Assembly: GCA_963788195.1 (NCBI GenBank)
Contig: CAWBGA010000017.1
Coordinates: forward strand, 128,001-192,000
Length of the DNA: 64,000 nt
Direction: 5' to 3'
Source: Nitrospirota bacterium
GTDB lineage: Bacteria; Nitrospirota; Nitrospiria; Nitrospirales; NS-4
The notes beneath the pieces are model-generated. The model was given only the letters and a program-made list of their open reading frames with translations. It made no database searches and was not told the origin of the DNA. Each line of letters opens with the position of its first letter. Position 1 is the first letter of the stretch. Positions 38,254-47,971 of this stretch are shown here, one piece after another. A program made the position numbers and the translations under genes.

Positions 38254-39701
38254 AACACTCCGGTTTGTTTCTGCGGGACCGGTCTCGCAGCAACTGACAT
38301 CACACCAAAGTCGACCACGTACAGCGTCTCGCCGGACGGACTAAACCGTGCAGCCACGGGTCGTTCCAATCCACCTGTGTGTAGCCAGGACGAAGGACCA
38401 TTCGTCTCGCCCTTATTGACCGCGAAATCTTCAATGACTCCTGTCTCAATATCGACGCGCACCACCTTGAAGCCTACAGGAGCCAGCACTTTTCCGACCC
38501 CCGGCGCCATGTCTCCAAACTGAGCGACAAAGGCCTGTCCGACATGGCCGAAGCGCTTGTGTGTGGAAAAATCAAAGCCGTTGGATGAAGAATGCACGTC
38601 GAACACGGCTACCGGTTCCGGAGGTGTGCTGGGAGGTTCAGCAAGTAGTTGTGTCGGTTTCGCTTTGCCGGGTGACATGAATCGATCCCCCTTGTCTAAA
38701 GGATGCGACCCATGAAAATCCGGCCAGCCGTACCAGGCGCCTGGTTGGACACGCCACAGGAGATCCCCCGTTCCAAAGACCGGACGGCTCCCCCGCACAT
38801 CGTAGCTGTTATCCGTCACATACAACTGCCCGCCCGGAGAAAAGGCCAAACCGAACGGATTTCGAAAACCCCAGGCAACAAGCTCGGGTTTCCCGCCCAG
38901 TAACGACACGCGCATCACGGCGCCGTTGCAGGGTACTTCCCCACGAATGACTTGGCCTTTGGCCGTCGGGCTTCCAAAGGCGGAAAAGGCGCCGGTTGTC
39001 ACCTTCTCATCCATATCCGAGGCGAGGGGATTGCCGGAGACGAAGTTTTCGCCGGCCAGTTGGATGTCACGGCACGGCGTGTCATGGAACGTCGCCTGAC
39101 GCTTCAGCCAGCCGAATGCGGCATTGTCCTGACCGACCACGGCGGAATTCGTCGCGGTGCCTTGTCCAAAGTAGAGCCAGCCATCAGGACCGACAACAGG
39201 CCCGTTCGTGTGATGGTCGCCGAGGCTGGGGAGATCCTTAAGGACGATCGAGACCTTGCCGCCGGGGGTGACTCGCAGAATCCGCCCGCCTTCGCGTGCG
39301 CCACCTTCCGCGATATAAAAGTTCCCTTTATGAAAAACAACCCCGGTCCAGGGCCCATTATCGCCTCCGGTCACGATGACGGTCGGCTGTCCCTCTGGTT
39401 CCACACGCAGTAATTTGGGCGCCGTCCAGACTTCGCCATAAGAATATCCCGCCTCGAGCACATACGGGCGACTCTCTTCATCGAACGTTACAGCCGTCGG
39501 GAATGTCAGTCCCGTAACAACCGGCTCGATTCGATAGCCGATGGGAAGGGCAATGTCTGAGACATTGATTTGCCGTGGCGGAACAAAGCCCGTCTGCCCC
39601 CCACCCTCGGATCCACGCATGGAGAAGCAGCCGGAAAGGGCCGCAGCGCCTACTCCCAGGCATGCCAAAAAAAGACAAATTTGAGCCCGGACAGTGGCCA
39701 T
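38214..39701 (-). CDS. Glucose/sorbosone dehydrogenase-family (PQQ-type beta-propeller) lipoprotein
   Basis: LSGC lipobox; GLTFPT, GDHHTNG..GPDGWLYFGQG, AWGFRNPFGLAF, WYGWP. Confidence 0.82.
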   Translation of the reverse strand: MATVRAQICLFLACLGVGAAALSGCFSMRGSEGGGQTGFVPPRQINVSDIALPIGYRIEPVVTGLTFPTAVTFDEESRPYVLEAGYSYGEVWTAPKLLRVEPEGQPTVIVTGGDNGPWTGVVFHKGNFYIAEGGAREGGRILRVTPGGKVSIVLKDLPSLGDHHTNGPVVGPDGWLYFGQGTATNSAVVGQDNAAFGWLKRQATFHDTPCRDIQLAGENFVSGNPLASDMDEKVTTGAFSAFGSPTAKGQVIRGEVPCNGAVMRVSLLGGKPELVAWGFRNPFGLAFSPGGQLYVTDNSYDVRGSRPVFGTGDLLWRVQPGAWYGWPDFHGSHPLDKGDRFMSPGKAKPTQLLAEPPSTPPEPVAVFDVHSSSNGFDFSTHKRFGHVGQAFVAQFGDMAPGVGKVLAPVGFKVVRVDIETGVIEDFAVNKGETNGPSSWLHTGGLERPVAARFSPSGETLYVVDFGVMSVAARPVPQKQTGVLWRITKDTGLPSK

Positions 39702-39853
39702 AGAGCTTTGTCGGGGTAACTTTCGCGAGGCATCTTCTGGCATCACCGATTGAAAAGCAAGTTATGGGGTCTATGCTTCTTTGGTATCAAAGTTTTTCTC
39801 TTGACAAGGTTGACGGCCGGCGCGACACTTGACCCCCGCTGACTAGGGACAGT

Positions 39854-40466
39854 ATGGACAACATTTCACGTCACCTTCCGCCTCCCCTGCTCGCCATGGT
39901 GCTCACCGCCGGCCTTGTGTTTCTTGTCGATCTCATGATGCCGTTAGGCTGGGTGGTGTGGCTCCCGTATATCGGGTTGGTCTTTTGTGCATCGTGGCTG
40001 CCACGCCGCACATCGACGTTGATTCTGAGCGGAATCTGCACCGCCTTCATCATCCTAGGATTGCTGTTTGATTACTTATACATTGATTCCGCCCGAGCGT
40101 CGCTTGAGGTCGGGATCTTCAATCGAATGATGGGCATTGCCGTCCTATGGGGGGCTGCTGCGCTGGTCATGCGGCAACAACAGATCGAGGGCGCCCGTGA
40201 AGATGTTCGTTCGGGGAATGCAGGAAGCACTCGCGAATATCAAGACCCTCCGGGGCTTGCTGCCGTTTTGCCTTTCCTGCAAGAAGATTCGCGAGGGAAA
40301 TGGATATTGGAGCGGGATCGAAACCTTTGTGACCAAGCACTCGATGGCGGAGTTCACGCCTGAACTATGTCCGGAATGTGAGCAGTACCTGCAGACTCAA
40401 CTCCCGCGAGAGCCATCGATCGCCACCGGTCCTCGCGAACTGCTTTCCTCGCCTCACCGGGATTGA
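39854..40466 (+). CDS. Membrane protein with C-terminal CxxC...CxxC domain (apparent +1 frameshift ~40200)
   Basis: About four TM helices; removing one base joins them to QEALANIKTLRGLLPFCLSCKKIR..GYW...LCPEC. Confidence 0.7.
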
Positions 40467-40530
40467 TCTCGATACCGCCGGCCTATGCGGTCCGACCGCA
40501 ATAGTACCGACTTGGTGTCGAACGCAGGCT

Positions 40531-42066
40531 TTATTTTTTAGGGCGCGCGGCCGGTGGTCGCGATGGTATGAGATGACTAGTGGGGGCGACCTTCGAAACC
40601 GCCGGCGAGATCCGCGCCGGTGCACTAGGCAGGGGATTCGGGCGCATCTCTTGAGGGGGTTCACTGGTTTGAATCGGTCTCCCGGCCTCTGTCGGCAACT
40701 GTTCGAGGCCGAGGCTGCGCTGAAGATGAGCTTGCGCAATGTACGCGTCATAGATCCCCGCGCGGTACCGTGCAAGTGCGCGCGTCAGATCAAACCGGGC
40801 AACTGTGACGTCACGCTCTACGCCGACCTTGTCCCGGAATCGCTCCTCCGCAATCTTGAGCGCGGTTCGCGCGGCCTCGGTTTCCTCGCGCAAGGCGTTA
40901 ACCTGTCCTTCGGCGGCCCGCACGTCCGCCAAAGTGATCCGCACTTGCTGCAGAACAACTCCCTGCTGCTCCCGTAAATCAATCACTGCCTTATGGTGGC
41001 GCAATTCCGCTTGCGCGCGCTCGTGGTTCGTACGACCCCATTCCCAGAATGTCCAATGGGCCTCAACCCCGGCCCTCAGGATGTCTGGTACGGGATGGAT
41101 AACCAGGTCCTTTTGCTTCTCAAAGCTGCCGAAGAGCCCTACCTGGGGGTAGTATCCACTACGGGCCAGCGTGATGCCTTCGCGCGCCCGGTCCACGCCG
41201 TAAGCCACTTCGCGCACATCCGGACTTTGCCCTTGAGCAATTCGCGCCGCCTCTTCCGCATCAAGCGTCACAACACGTTCTTCAGGACGAAACACAAGCC
41301 GAATAGATTCAGCGGCCTCCAACCCGGTGAGCCGCTTCAGATCGTCCTGCGCCACCTGGATGCGCAGGCCTGTCTCCAGCGCTTCCTGACGAAACGCAGC
41401 CAACATGGCGCGAAGAGGCGGCAGCGCATTGGCCGTCGCGCGACCACCGGCGATGGAGCTTTCGGTGTAGCGCATTTCAGCTTGTTGGAGCTGGATCCGG
41501 GCATCGGCGGCCTGCCGTTCCTCATTGGCCTTCAACACCGCAAAAAATGCCACCTTCACCAGGCGAGCCGTATCATGCTGAACCCGGGTAAGTCGGGCGC
41601 TGCCGATGGCTTTGTCTATTTTCGCCACGTTGTACGTGCTGCTCAACCGGAAGCCGGTAAACAACGGCTGATCGAGCCGGATGCGCATGTAGTAGTCCCA
41701 GGCCGTGCCGGCCACGATATCGGTTCTTGAATCTGGAGGAATAGACAGTCCGCTGGGCAACGTTCCGGGGATCGCTGGAATGACAATGGAATTCGCGGGA
41801 ATCGCGATTTCAGGGCGCGGCCCCTGCACAAAATAGCGGAGGTCACTACGCAGTTTCGGCAGGAAATCCTTGAAGACTTTGGGGACCTCCTCCGCGAACG
41901 CAGCAGCCTCGAATTGGCTGGACTGCACCCGCAGATTACCTGCAGACGCAAGGCTCAGGCTTTCTTCCAACGTGAGGTCACGCGGCTTGTGCACAGGGGG
42001 GGCCGCCGCCAAGCAGACCTCTGTCCAGCACACGATACAGATGATAAGAGTCAGGATTTTGCGCAT
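40531..42066 (-). CDS. TolC family outer membrane protein
   Basis: Own signal peptide MRKILTLIICIVCW; FLPKL, QPLFTGF, ARSGYYPQV, FWEWG. Confidence 0.85.
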   Translation of the reverse strand: MRKILTLIICIVCWTEVCLAAAPPVHKPRDLTLEESLSLASAGNLRVQSSQFEAAAFAEEVPKVFKDFLPKLRSDLRYFVQGPRPEIAIPANSIVIPAIPGTLPSGLSIPPDSRTDIVAGTAWDYYMRIRLDQPLFTGFRLSSTYNVAKIDKAIGSARLTRVQHDTARLVKVAFFAVLKANEERQAADARIQLQQAEMRYTESSIAGGRATANALPPLRAMLAAFRQEALETGLRIQVAQDDLKRLTGLEAAESIRLVFRPEERVVTLDAEEAARIAQGQSPDVREVAYGVDRAREGITLARSGYYPQVGLFGSFEKQKDLVIHPVPDILRAGVEAHWTFWEWGRTNHERAQAELRHHKAVIDLREQQGVVLQQVRITLADVRAAEGQVNALREETEAARTALKIAEERFRDKVGVERDVTVARFDLTRALARYRAGIYDAYIAQAHLQRSLGLEQLPTEAGRPIQTSEPPQEMRPNPLPSAPARISPAVSKVAPTSHLIPSRPPAARPKK

Positions 42067-42068
42067 GT

Positions 42069-43170
42069 TTAGTCTTTCCCCACCACGACGGCCTCGCCGG
42101 CCTGCTAATCCTGCGGTGACTTCGACGATCTGTCCTTCATAAGCGCCGAGTTGTATCGGACGCTCCTCCACCTTGCCGTCCCTCACAACGGAAACTGAAA
42201 TGTCCTGGCCCCGGCGCTGCACGGCGGAGCGCGAGATGAGGAGAGCCTTGTCCTTCTGGCCCGTGCTGATTTTCACGTCCATCGCCATGCCAATCCGCAG
42301 TTGCGGATCTGGCTGAATCGGTATCTCAGCCTCTAAAACCTTGGTATCGGTCATCTCTGCAGGATTGTCTGAGTGGACCCGTTTGCGGCCAACACGCCAC
42401 GCGATCTTATTGACGGTGCCGGTGATCTTGCGACCGAGGAAGGCGTCAGAAGTAATGACGGCCGGCATGCCGATTTTCACTTTTCCGGCATCCGATTCAT
42501 CGACCTCGGCCCTGACGACCACGTTCGTGCTGTCCGCAATCGTATACAACGGGTCCGCAGCCGGCACCACCCGGCCCCGCTCGTGATGCTTGGCGATGAC
42601 CCGGCCGTTCAAGGGGGCGTGCACGACAGTATTGTCGAGTTGTGTTCGGATGTACCCCAGCGAGGCTTCAGCCTCCTGGTGGGCCGCCGAGACAGTTCGA
42701 AGCTGCGCCGCCCGTAGGTTAACGGCATGGTGGGCATCATCCAGTTCAGCGCGCGGAGCTACACCGCCGTCGAAGAGACGTTGCACCCGAGCGAGTTGAT
42801 CCTTGCTCTGCGCCAGCTGCACCTGTGCCACCTCGATCGTCGTGCGGGCTTGCTCAACCGCGGAGGAGGCTTGCCGTAATCTCGCTTTGAGCTCCTGGTC
42901 GTCGAGCCGCGCAATCACTTGTCCCACCTGAACCATGTCTCCTTCTTTGACCAGCATTTCGTTGACTAACCCCCCCACCTTCGGACCTACCTCGACTTGC
43001 TCGGAGGAGGCGATCTTTCCATTTGCCGAGACGGTGAAATTTATGCTTCCCAGCTGAGCGAGTTCCGTTTTAAACGATGACCGCTGGTGCCATACGAGGA
43101 ACCCCGAGGCGAGCCCCCCGAGAAGGATCACCGGAATGACGGTGGTCATCAGTCGCCGTCGCGATATCAC
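42069..43170 (-). CDS. HlyD/DevB-type efflux membrane fusion protein (apparently fused to TolC by an extra base ~42101)
   Basis: N-terminal anchor, VKEGDMV..GQVIARLD lipoyl half, APLNG; removing one base gives ...GLAAGEAVVVGKD* ending 2 nt before the TolC ATG. Confidence 0.85.
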
Positions 43171-44294
43171 TGCACGATCCGACCGTCCTCGAGATGGATA
43201 ACCCGGTCGACGATTTTCAGATTGCGCGTGTCATGCGTGACCAGAACCACGGCCCGTCGACCCTCATTTGCGACCTCGCGAAGCAGCTCCGTGACTGCCT
43301 GGCCGCTCTTTGAGTCGAGATTAGCCGTCGGCTCGTCCGCCAGCACCAGCGACGGTGAACCGGCCAAGGCGCGCGCAATCGCCACCCGTTGTTTTTCGCC
43401 ACCGCTCAGATCCCGAGGCAAGAAGTGTTTGCGATGCCCTAGGCCAACGCGTTCAAGAAGACCCTCGGCTTCGCGCCGCGCAACCCCGCCCGTAATTTCT
43501 TTCAGGCGTAGGGCGATCAATATATTCTCCACAGCGGTCAGCGCGCCTAAGAGATTGAACGCCTGAAAGATGAACCCAATATGCTCCCGACGAAGGCGGG
43601 GCAGGGCCGCCTCTAATTTCGTGTCAACTCGTTGATCCATGAGGCGGATCGTTCCTGAGGTGGGGGTGAGGAGAAAGCCCATCATCGAAAGCAACGTGGT
43701 CTTGCCGCTCCCTGAAGGCCCAACCACCGCAACCATTTCTCGCGCATGCAACGTCAACGACACTGACTGTACGGCAATCACTTCTACCTTTCCGTCGCGG
43801 TATTGTTTCCGAAGATTTTCGACTTGCATGACAACCGGACCGGCCGGAGCGGCAGCTACATTCGCCTGCGTGAGCACCGAGTGCACAGCCTGAATTTCTT
43901 GGCGGGCCATACTTTCGATTTCTCCAATGACAGAGGCCTTTTTCTCGGCGATCCTTAAAACTGTGATTACCGTCGAGAGCGCAGTCACGCCTTTGTCAAG
44001 CACGGCGTATTGTTTAGCCGGAAAATTTACGGGCTTCTGCTGCATCTCCTGCAAAACAGGGATGAGGGTAAAGGCCAAGTCATCGATGCATGGCAGGTTG
44101 ATGGTGGCGGCGGAGCCTCTCAGATTGGTGAGATTTCCGAGGAGCCCCTCATAGAGACGGGATCGCTCTTGTGGAGATGCCGACTCAAGCGCGAGCAACC
44201 CGGCCTTGATCTGGCGGATCCAATCCGCAGCCTCTATTGCAAAGACCTTCAGGACTTCTTCAAGAAAGTCCCCTTCGATGACATTCTCAGACAT
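43167..44294 (-). CDS. LolD/DevA-type ABC ATPase with N-terminal Hpt-like helical domain
   Basis: GPSGSGKT, GFIFQAFNL, LSGGEKQR, LADEPTANLD; N-terminal FLEEVLKVFAIEA...LTNLRGSAATI. Confidence 0.85.
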   Translation of the reverse strand: MSENVIEGDFLEEVLKVFAIEAADWIRQIKAGLLALESASPQERSRLYEGLLGNLTNLRGSAATINLPCIDDLAFTLIPVLQEMQQKPVNFPAKQYAVLDKGVTALSTVITVLRIAEKKASVIGEIESMARQEIQAVHSVLTQANVAAAPAGPVVMQVENLRKQYRDGKVEVIAVQSVSLTLHAREMVAVVGPSGSGKTTLLSMMGFLLTPTSGTIRLMDQRVDTKLEAALPRLRREHIGFIFQAFNLLGALTAVENILIALRLKEITGGVARREAEGLLERVGLGHRKHFLPRDLSGGEKQRVAIARALAGSPSLVLADEPTANLDSKSGQAVTELLREVANEGRRAVVLVTHDTRNLKIVDRVIHLEDGRIVQ

Positions 44295-44352
44295 CAAACG
44301 TTTGCCCCCCCATTGGACTTCCAGTACCAAGCCCCGTGCCTCCTGATCCGCT

Positions 44353-45483
44353 TTACCGGAACACCTCCGCCGGTTCGACTCGCATTGCCTTCCAGACAGA
44401 GACAAAGGCGGCAAAAAAGCACATCGTAAAGGTCGCCACCAGCAGGCTCATGAGAGCCCACGTTGGCAGCACCAGCGCTGCCCCAATCTTCTCATACAAG
44501 TCTTTTGTGAAATAGGTGATCGCCATCCCGACGAGAAAGCCCAGAAACGCATTCACAAATGCCTGGTGAAAGATGATCTGGTAGATGTGACGGTTTTCTG
44601 CGCCGATGGCTTTCAGAGTGCCGAACTCCTTCAGATGATCCATCGTCGAGCTGTAGATCGTCTGTCCCACAATCACGATACCCACCAGGAATGCCATGAC
44701 CATAGTGACAAGAAAGCCGATGCCCATGCCGGTATCGAACATCCAATAGCGCATCGTCTTCCAGGAGTATTCGGCTTTCGTGTACACATCGACATGGTCC
44801 ACGCTCCGGCGTATTTCCTGAACCACGTCTTTGGGATTCAGCCCCGGAACAACGCGAACCAGGATAAATACGGTTCTCTCAGGGCCCCCCAGAAACCCTT
44901 GGCCGATCTGTTGCGCGGTGGCATAGGAGGTAAACACGACCGGGGCCGTCGTGAAAGACTTCACATCGCGGGAGATACCGACGATTTTTAACCGCTGTCC
45001 AAGCACCTCCCGATACTCCCCAACCGTCAGCTTGCCCAGATGCGCTTCGGATGACTCATCCATAATGGCGTGTAGCCCGCCCTTCACATCGCTGACCGTG
45101 CCTTCCCGCATGTTCCAAGGCCCGCCAATTCCAGTGTCGGGGTCGTACCCGACGACTTCGACCTGCTCGCTTCCGCCGTCCGGGTTCCTCGTGACGCCCC
45201 ATGCCAAGATCAATTTTTCCACACTGGCCACCCCCTGTGCTCGTTGCACCTGGTTGACCTTCCGTTCTGAAATCGGCTGTGAGAAGTCGAAATTCTTGGA
45301 GTTCTTGGAGGTGACCCAGATGTCCGTATCGACATGATCGATGATCAACGAGCTGTTTTCCATGAAACCAAGAAAGAGCCCTGCCTGAGCCGCCATCAAG
45401 ATCACCGAGAAGGTCACGCCGACGATGGCGATTGCAAGGCGTGTCGGGTCATGTATGAGGTTTTTAATCGCAAGCGTAAACAC
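44353..45483 (-). CDS. DevC/FtsX-MacB-type ABC transporter permease
   Basis: LAIKNL.HDPTR...GVTFSVILM..Q, VG..IVGQTIYS, HLKEFGTLKAIGA, EPAEVFR. Confidence 0.9.
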   Translation of the reverse strand: MFTLAIKNLIHDPTRLAIAIVGVTFSVILMAAQAGLFLGFMENSSLIIDHVDTDIWVTSKNSKNFDFSQPISERKVNQVQRAQGVASVEKLILAWGVTRNPDGGSEQVEVVGYDPDTGIGGPWNMREGTVSDVKGGLHAIMDESSEAHLGKLTVGEYREVLGQRLKIVGISRDVKSFTTAPVVFTSYATAQQIGQGFLGGPERTVFILVRVVPGLNPKDVVQEIRRSVDHVDVYTKAEYSWKTMRYWMFDTGMGIGFLVTMVMAFLVGIVIVGQTIYSSTMDHLKEFGTLKAIGAENRHIYQIIFHQAFVNAFLGFLVGMAITYFTKDLYEKIGAALVLPTWALMSLLVATFTMCFFAAFVSVWKAMRVEPAEVFR

Positions 45484-45559
45484 TGTGAAAGCCGCCTTTG
45501 AGTTGAAATCTCCATGATTATACCTCTTTAGAGCGCTTTGCCCTAATCAATTTAAAGTC
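45427..45559. repeat. Direct repeat copy 1 (permease 5' end plus upstream region)
   Basis: Aligns by eye to 47441-47574, e.g. identical ttttaatcgcaagcgtaaacactgtga and tttgccctaatcaatttaaagtc. Confidence 0.88.
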
Positions 45560-45619
45560 CCGCACTTTCCGCCCTCAGGCCGGATGATGGTCTTCTCCTC
45601 GGATGGCGCGGACCGCGTG

Positions 45620-47305
45620 CTACTTGTTTTCATTCCCGTGGTCGATCGGACGTCCTGCAATGACTCCGATTCCGTAGCGCCCCGGAGCCAGAATGTTGTG
45701 AGGGTCCAGCGCGGTTTTGATCCGGTTGGCAAGATGTTGAAATTCAGGGGAGGCTTCGAGAATTCGATCCATGTATGCGACGGAGGTTCTGTACTGCTGA
45801 TAGCCGGCTGCGAGCGTCGCGGTGCACAACTCCTCGTAGAGGCCGGCTGCTCGCGTTGCGGCGCCCGCCTGGTCCTTGTGATAGAAGATCGACATGAGCA
45901 CAATCATGGACCGGGGATTCTGAAGAAGCAGCGCCACATAAAAATCAAATTGATATTTGTTGAAAAGAGGCCGGCAGATGTTCAGCAGCTCGGTGACGTG
46001 CCGGCCGGTCAAAGGCGCCACCGGAGCGAACCACATGAGACCGACCTGATCCCGCACCGGGTCCACGTCACAGTCAGGCTTCGGAGTCCGCGCGTTAAAA
46101 TAGGCGTGCCGTACGAAAAACTCGCAGGGAATCCCCTTCCCGATGCCATGGCCGTGAGGAGCCACCTCCATCGCTTCAATGGGTTTGCCCGCCATAGACC
46201 GAATAAAGCGATCGAACAGGCCCGAGAGGAAGGAACCTTTTAGCTTCTTCGAGAGCCCCACCAGACGTTCAATCTGGGCGATTCTTTGATCATTCAGGAA
46301 CATGACCCTGCCATACGGACGCAGGGCGTGCTTTATCAATGTTCGAGCAATGGTGATCTGCTGTTCGCTACCGTAGAGCCAACCTGTGAAACTCCAGGAA
46401 GCGAGCCCGTACTTAGCGGATAACCGGAGCAGTGTTTCTGAAGAAAGACACGTTTGATCGGCCAGACCCTCCCGTTGGTACTGCGTCAGAATGGCTAATG
46501 CGACGACTGCATTGCCCCCATGGATTGCGCTGTGTATGACGCCGTGCAATGCGAGGCGGCGGATCGCATCAATGGTGGCGGGCAGATTTCCGTCGTCTCG
46601 GAGCTCGAAGACAAAAGAGCTATAACTTTCCGGTGCCGGCATCAACCAGATGCCCGCTTTCGTGACGATTCCCAAATTGGACTGGCCGAACAGCCCTTCA
46701 AGATACGGTCCCGTTCCCCACTTGTAGGTATGCCATGTCCGAGAGCTGGGCGGACCGCCTCCAGTCCGAATCATCTCGCCGGTGGGGAGAATCACCTCCA
46801 TCCCGCACAGATTCCCGAAATGATCATGGTACGGCGTGGCGCCGACGCCCTTATCAAGAGCGTTCCCGATCACGCTGCCTTCAGGAGGACCATCGGTACA
46901 ATCGCACCATAGTTTGATCTTGTTCTCCTTGAGATACTGGTTGAGCTGCCGATAGGTCACGCCCGGCTCGATGACCGCGTAGGCGAGCTCCTCGTTCACT
47001 TCAATGATACGGTTCAGGCGCCGCAGGATAAGAATGACCGCGCCCGTATGGGCGGCGACCGTCGTGCCATAGCCCCAGTTTTTGCCCGTGCTGTATGGCC
47101 AGATCGAAAGGTGTGCGTCGGCGGCGATCCTGAGAATTTCCTGAATCTCTTGCGCGTCGCCAGGAGATACCACCGCCGAGCAGGTGCGCTCCCAAGGAAT
47201 GGTACAGCGTGAGTATTGTTCGACAGCGGTTTCGTCGGTAAGAACGTAGTGCTCGCCGACGATCGCTCGGATCTTTGCAATGGCACTGTCAAATGAGCTG
47301 TGCAT
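45620..47305 (-). CDS. FAD-linked oxidase, VAO/4-cresol dehydrogenase (PchF-like) family
   Basis: STGKNWGYG, IEPGVTY, GSVIGNALDKGVG.TPY, CGMEVILPTG, QSNLGIVTK, LDPHNILAPG. Confidence 0.88.
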   Translation of the reverse strand: MHSSFDSAIAKIRAIVGEHYVLTDETAVEQYSRCTIPWERTCSAVVSPGDAQEIQEILRIAADAHLSIWPYSTGKNWGYGTTVAAHTGAVILILRRLNRIIEVNEELAYAVIEPGVTYRQLNQYLKENKIKLWCDCTDGPPEGSVIGNALDKGVGATPYHDHFGNLCGMEVILPTGEMIRTGGGPPSSRTWHTYKWGTGPYLEGLFGQSNLGIVTKAGIWLMPAPESYSSFVFELRDDGNLPATIDAIRRLALHGVIHSAIHGGNAVVALAILTQYQREGLADQTCLSSETLLRLSAKYGLASWSFTGWLYGSEQQITIARTLIKHALRPYGRVMFLNDQRIAQIERLVGLSKKLKGSFLSGLFDRFIRSMAGKPIEAMEVAPHGHGIGKGIPCEFFVRHAYFNARTPKPDCDVDPVRDQVGLMWFAPVAPLTGRHVTELLNICRPLFNKYQFDFYVALLLQNPRSMIVLMSIFYHKDQAGAATRAAGLYEELCTATLAAGYQQYRTSVAYMDRILEASPEFQHLANRIKTALDPHNILAPGRYGIGVIAGRPIDHGNENK

Positions 47306-47440
47306 CAGGATCTACACAGGCTCCTGAGCTACCGAGGAAAGAACGTTAGGTCTCCTTACGCTCAACCGTCAGCTTGCCCGATGCTTTTCAGACGACTCAT
47401 CCAGAATGGCGTGCCACTCCCAGTTCGCATCGGTCGCCGT

Positions 47441-47574
47441 GACGATAGCAAGGGTGTCGGGTCATGCTATGAGAGTTTTAATCGCAAGCGTAAACACTGT
47501 GAGAATCACCTTTGAGGTAAAATCTCCACGATTATATCTCCTTAGAGCATTTTTGCCCTAATCAATTTAAAGTC
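47441..47574. repeat. Direct repeat copy 2 (degenerate copy of permease start and upstream region)
   Basis: Diverged copy of 45427-45559, with indels in the coding-derived part. Confidence 0.88.
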
Positions 47575-47971
47575 TCATAAATCCCTCCAGCCTGCGAGCC
47601 CACGATCACGATGGCCGGATGCGCGCTTCTTTTTTTGTTGGATACTGTTCACCTTTGCAATAAACTTCAGTTACGTCATTTTAGCTAGGGATGCAACATG
47701 CCGCGATGCGCGCATTGTCTAGGAAAACTCATCTGCGAGACCGACTGGACTCCGCCGGGTTTGCGCGAAGCCGGCGTGGACGCTATCCACCGGGCATGCA
47801 ATTTCCGCGTTATCTCGCGCCATTCAATGCCTGGAAGTACCACCAGGGCGAAATCATGCAGAAGATCGTTGAAAACAGCGCTTGGGGGCATGGGGCATAT
47901 GCGCCTGGGCCGGATGTCACCGAGCAGATGAAGTGGTCCCTTTCGGTTGGTATGGCCCAAAGTTCTAACCA

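Noticed and set aside
40531..43170. 879-aa HlyD-TolC fusion protein in the ORF track
   Set aside because: Removing one base near 42101 gives a normal MFP end (GEAVVVGKD*) followed by a TolC with its own ATG and signal peptide, consistent with the window-wide +1 errors.
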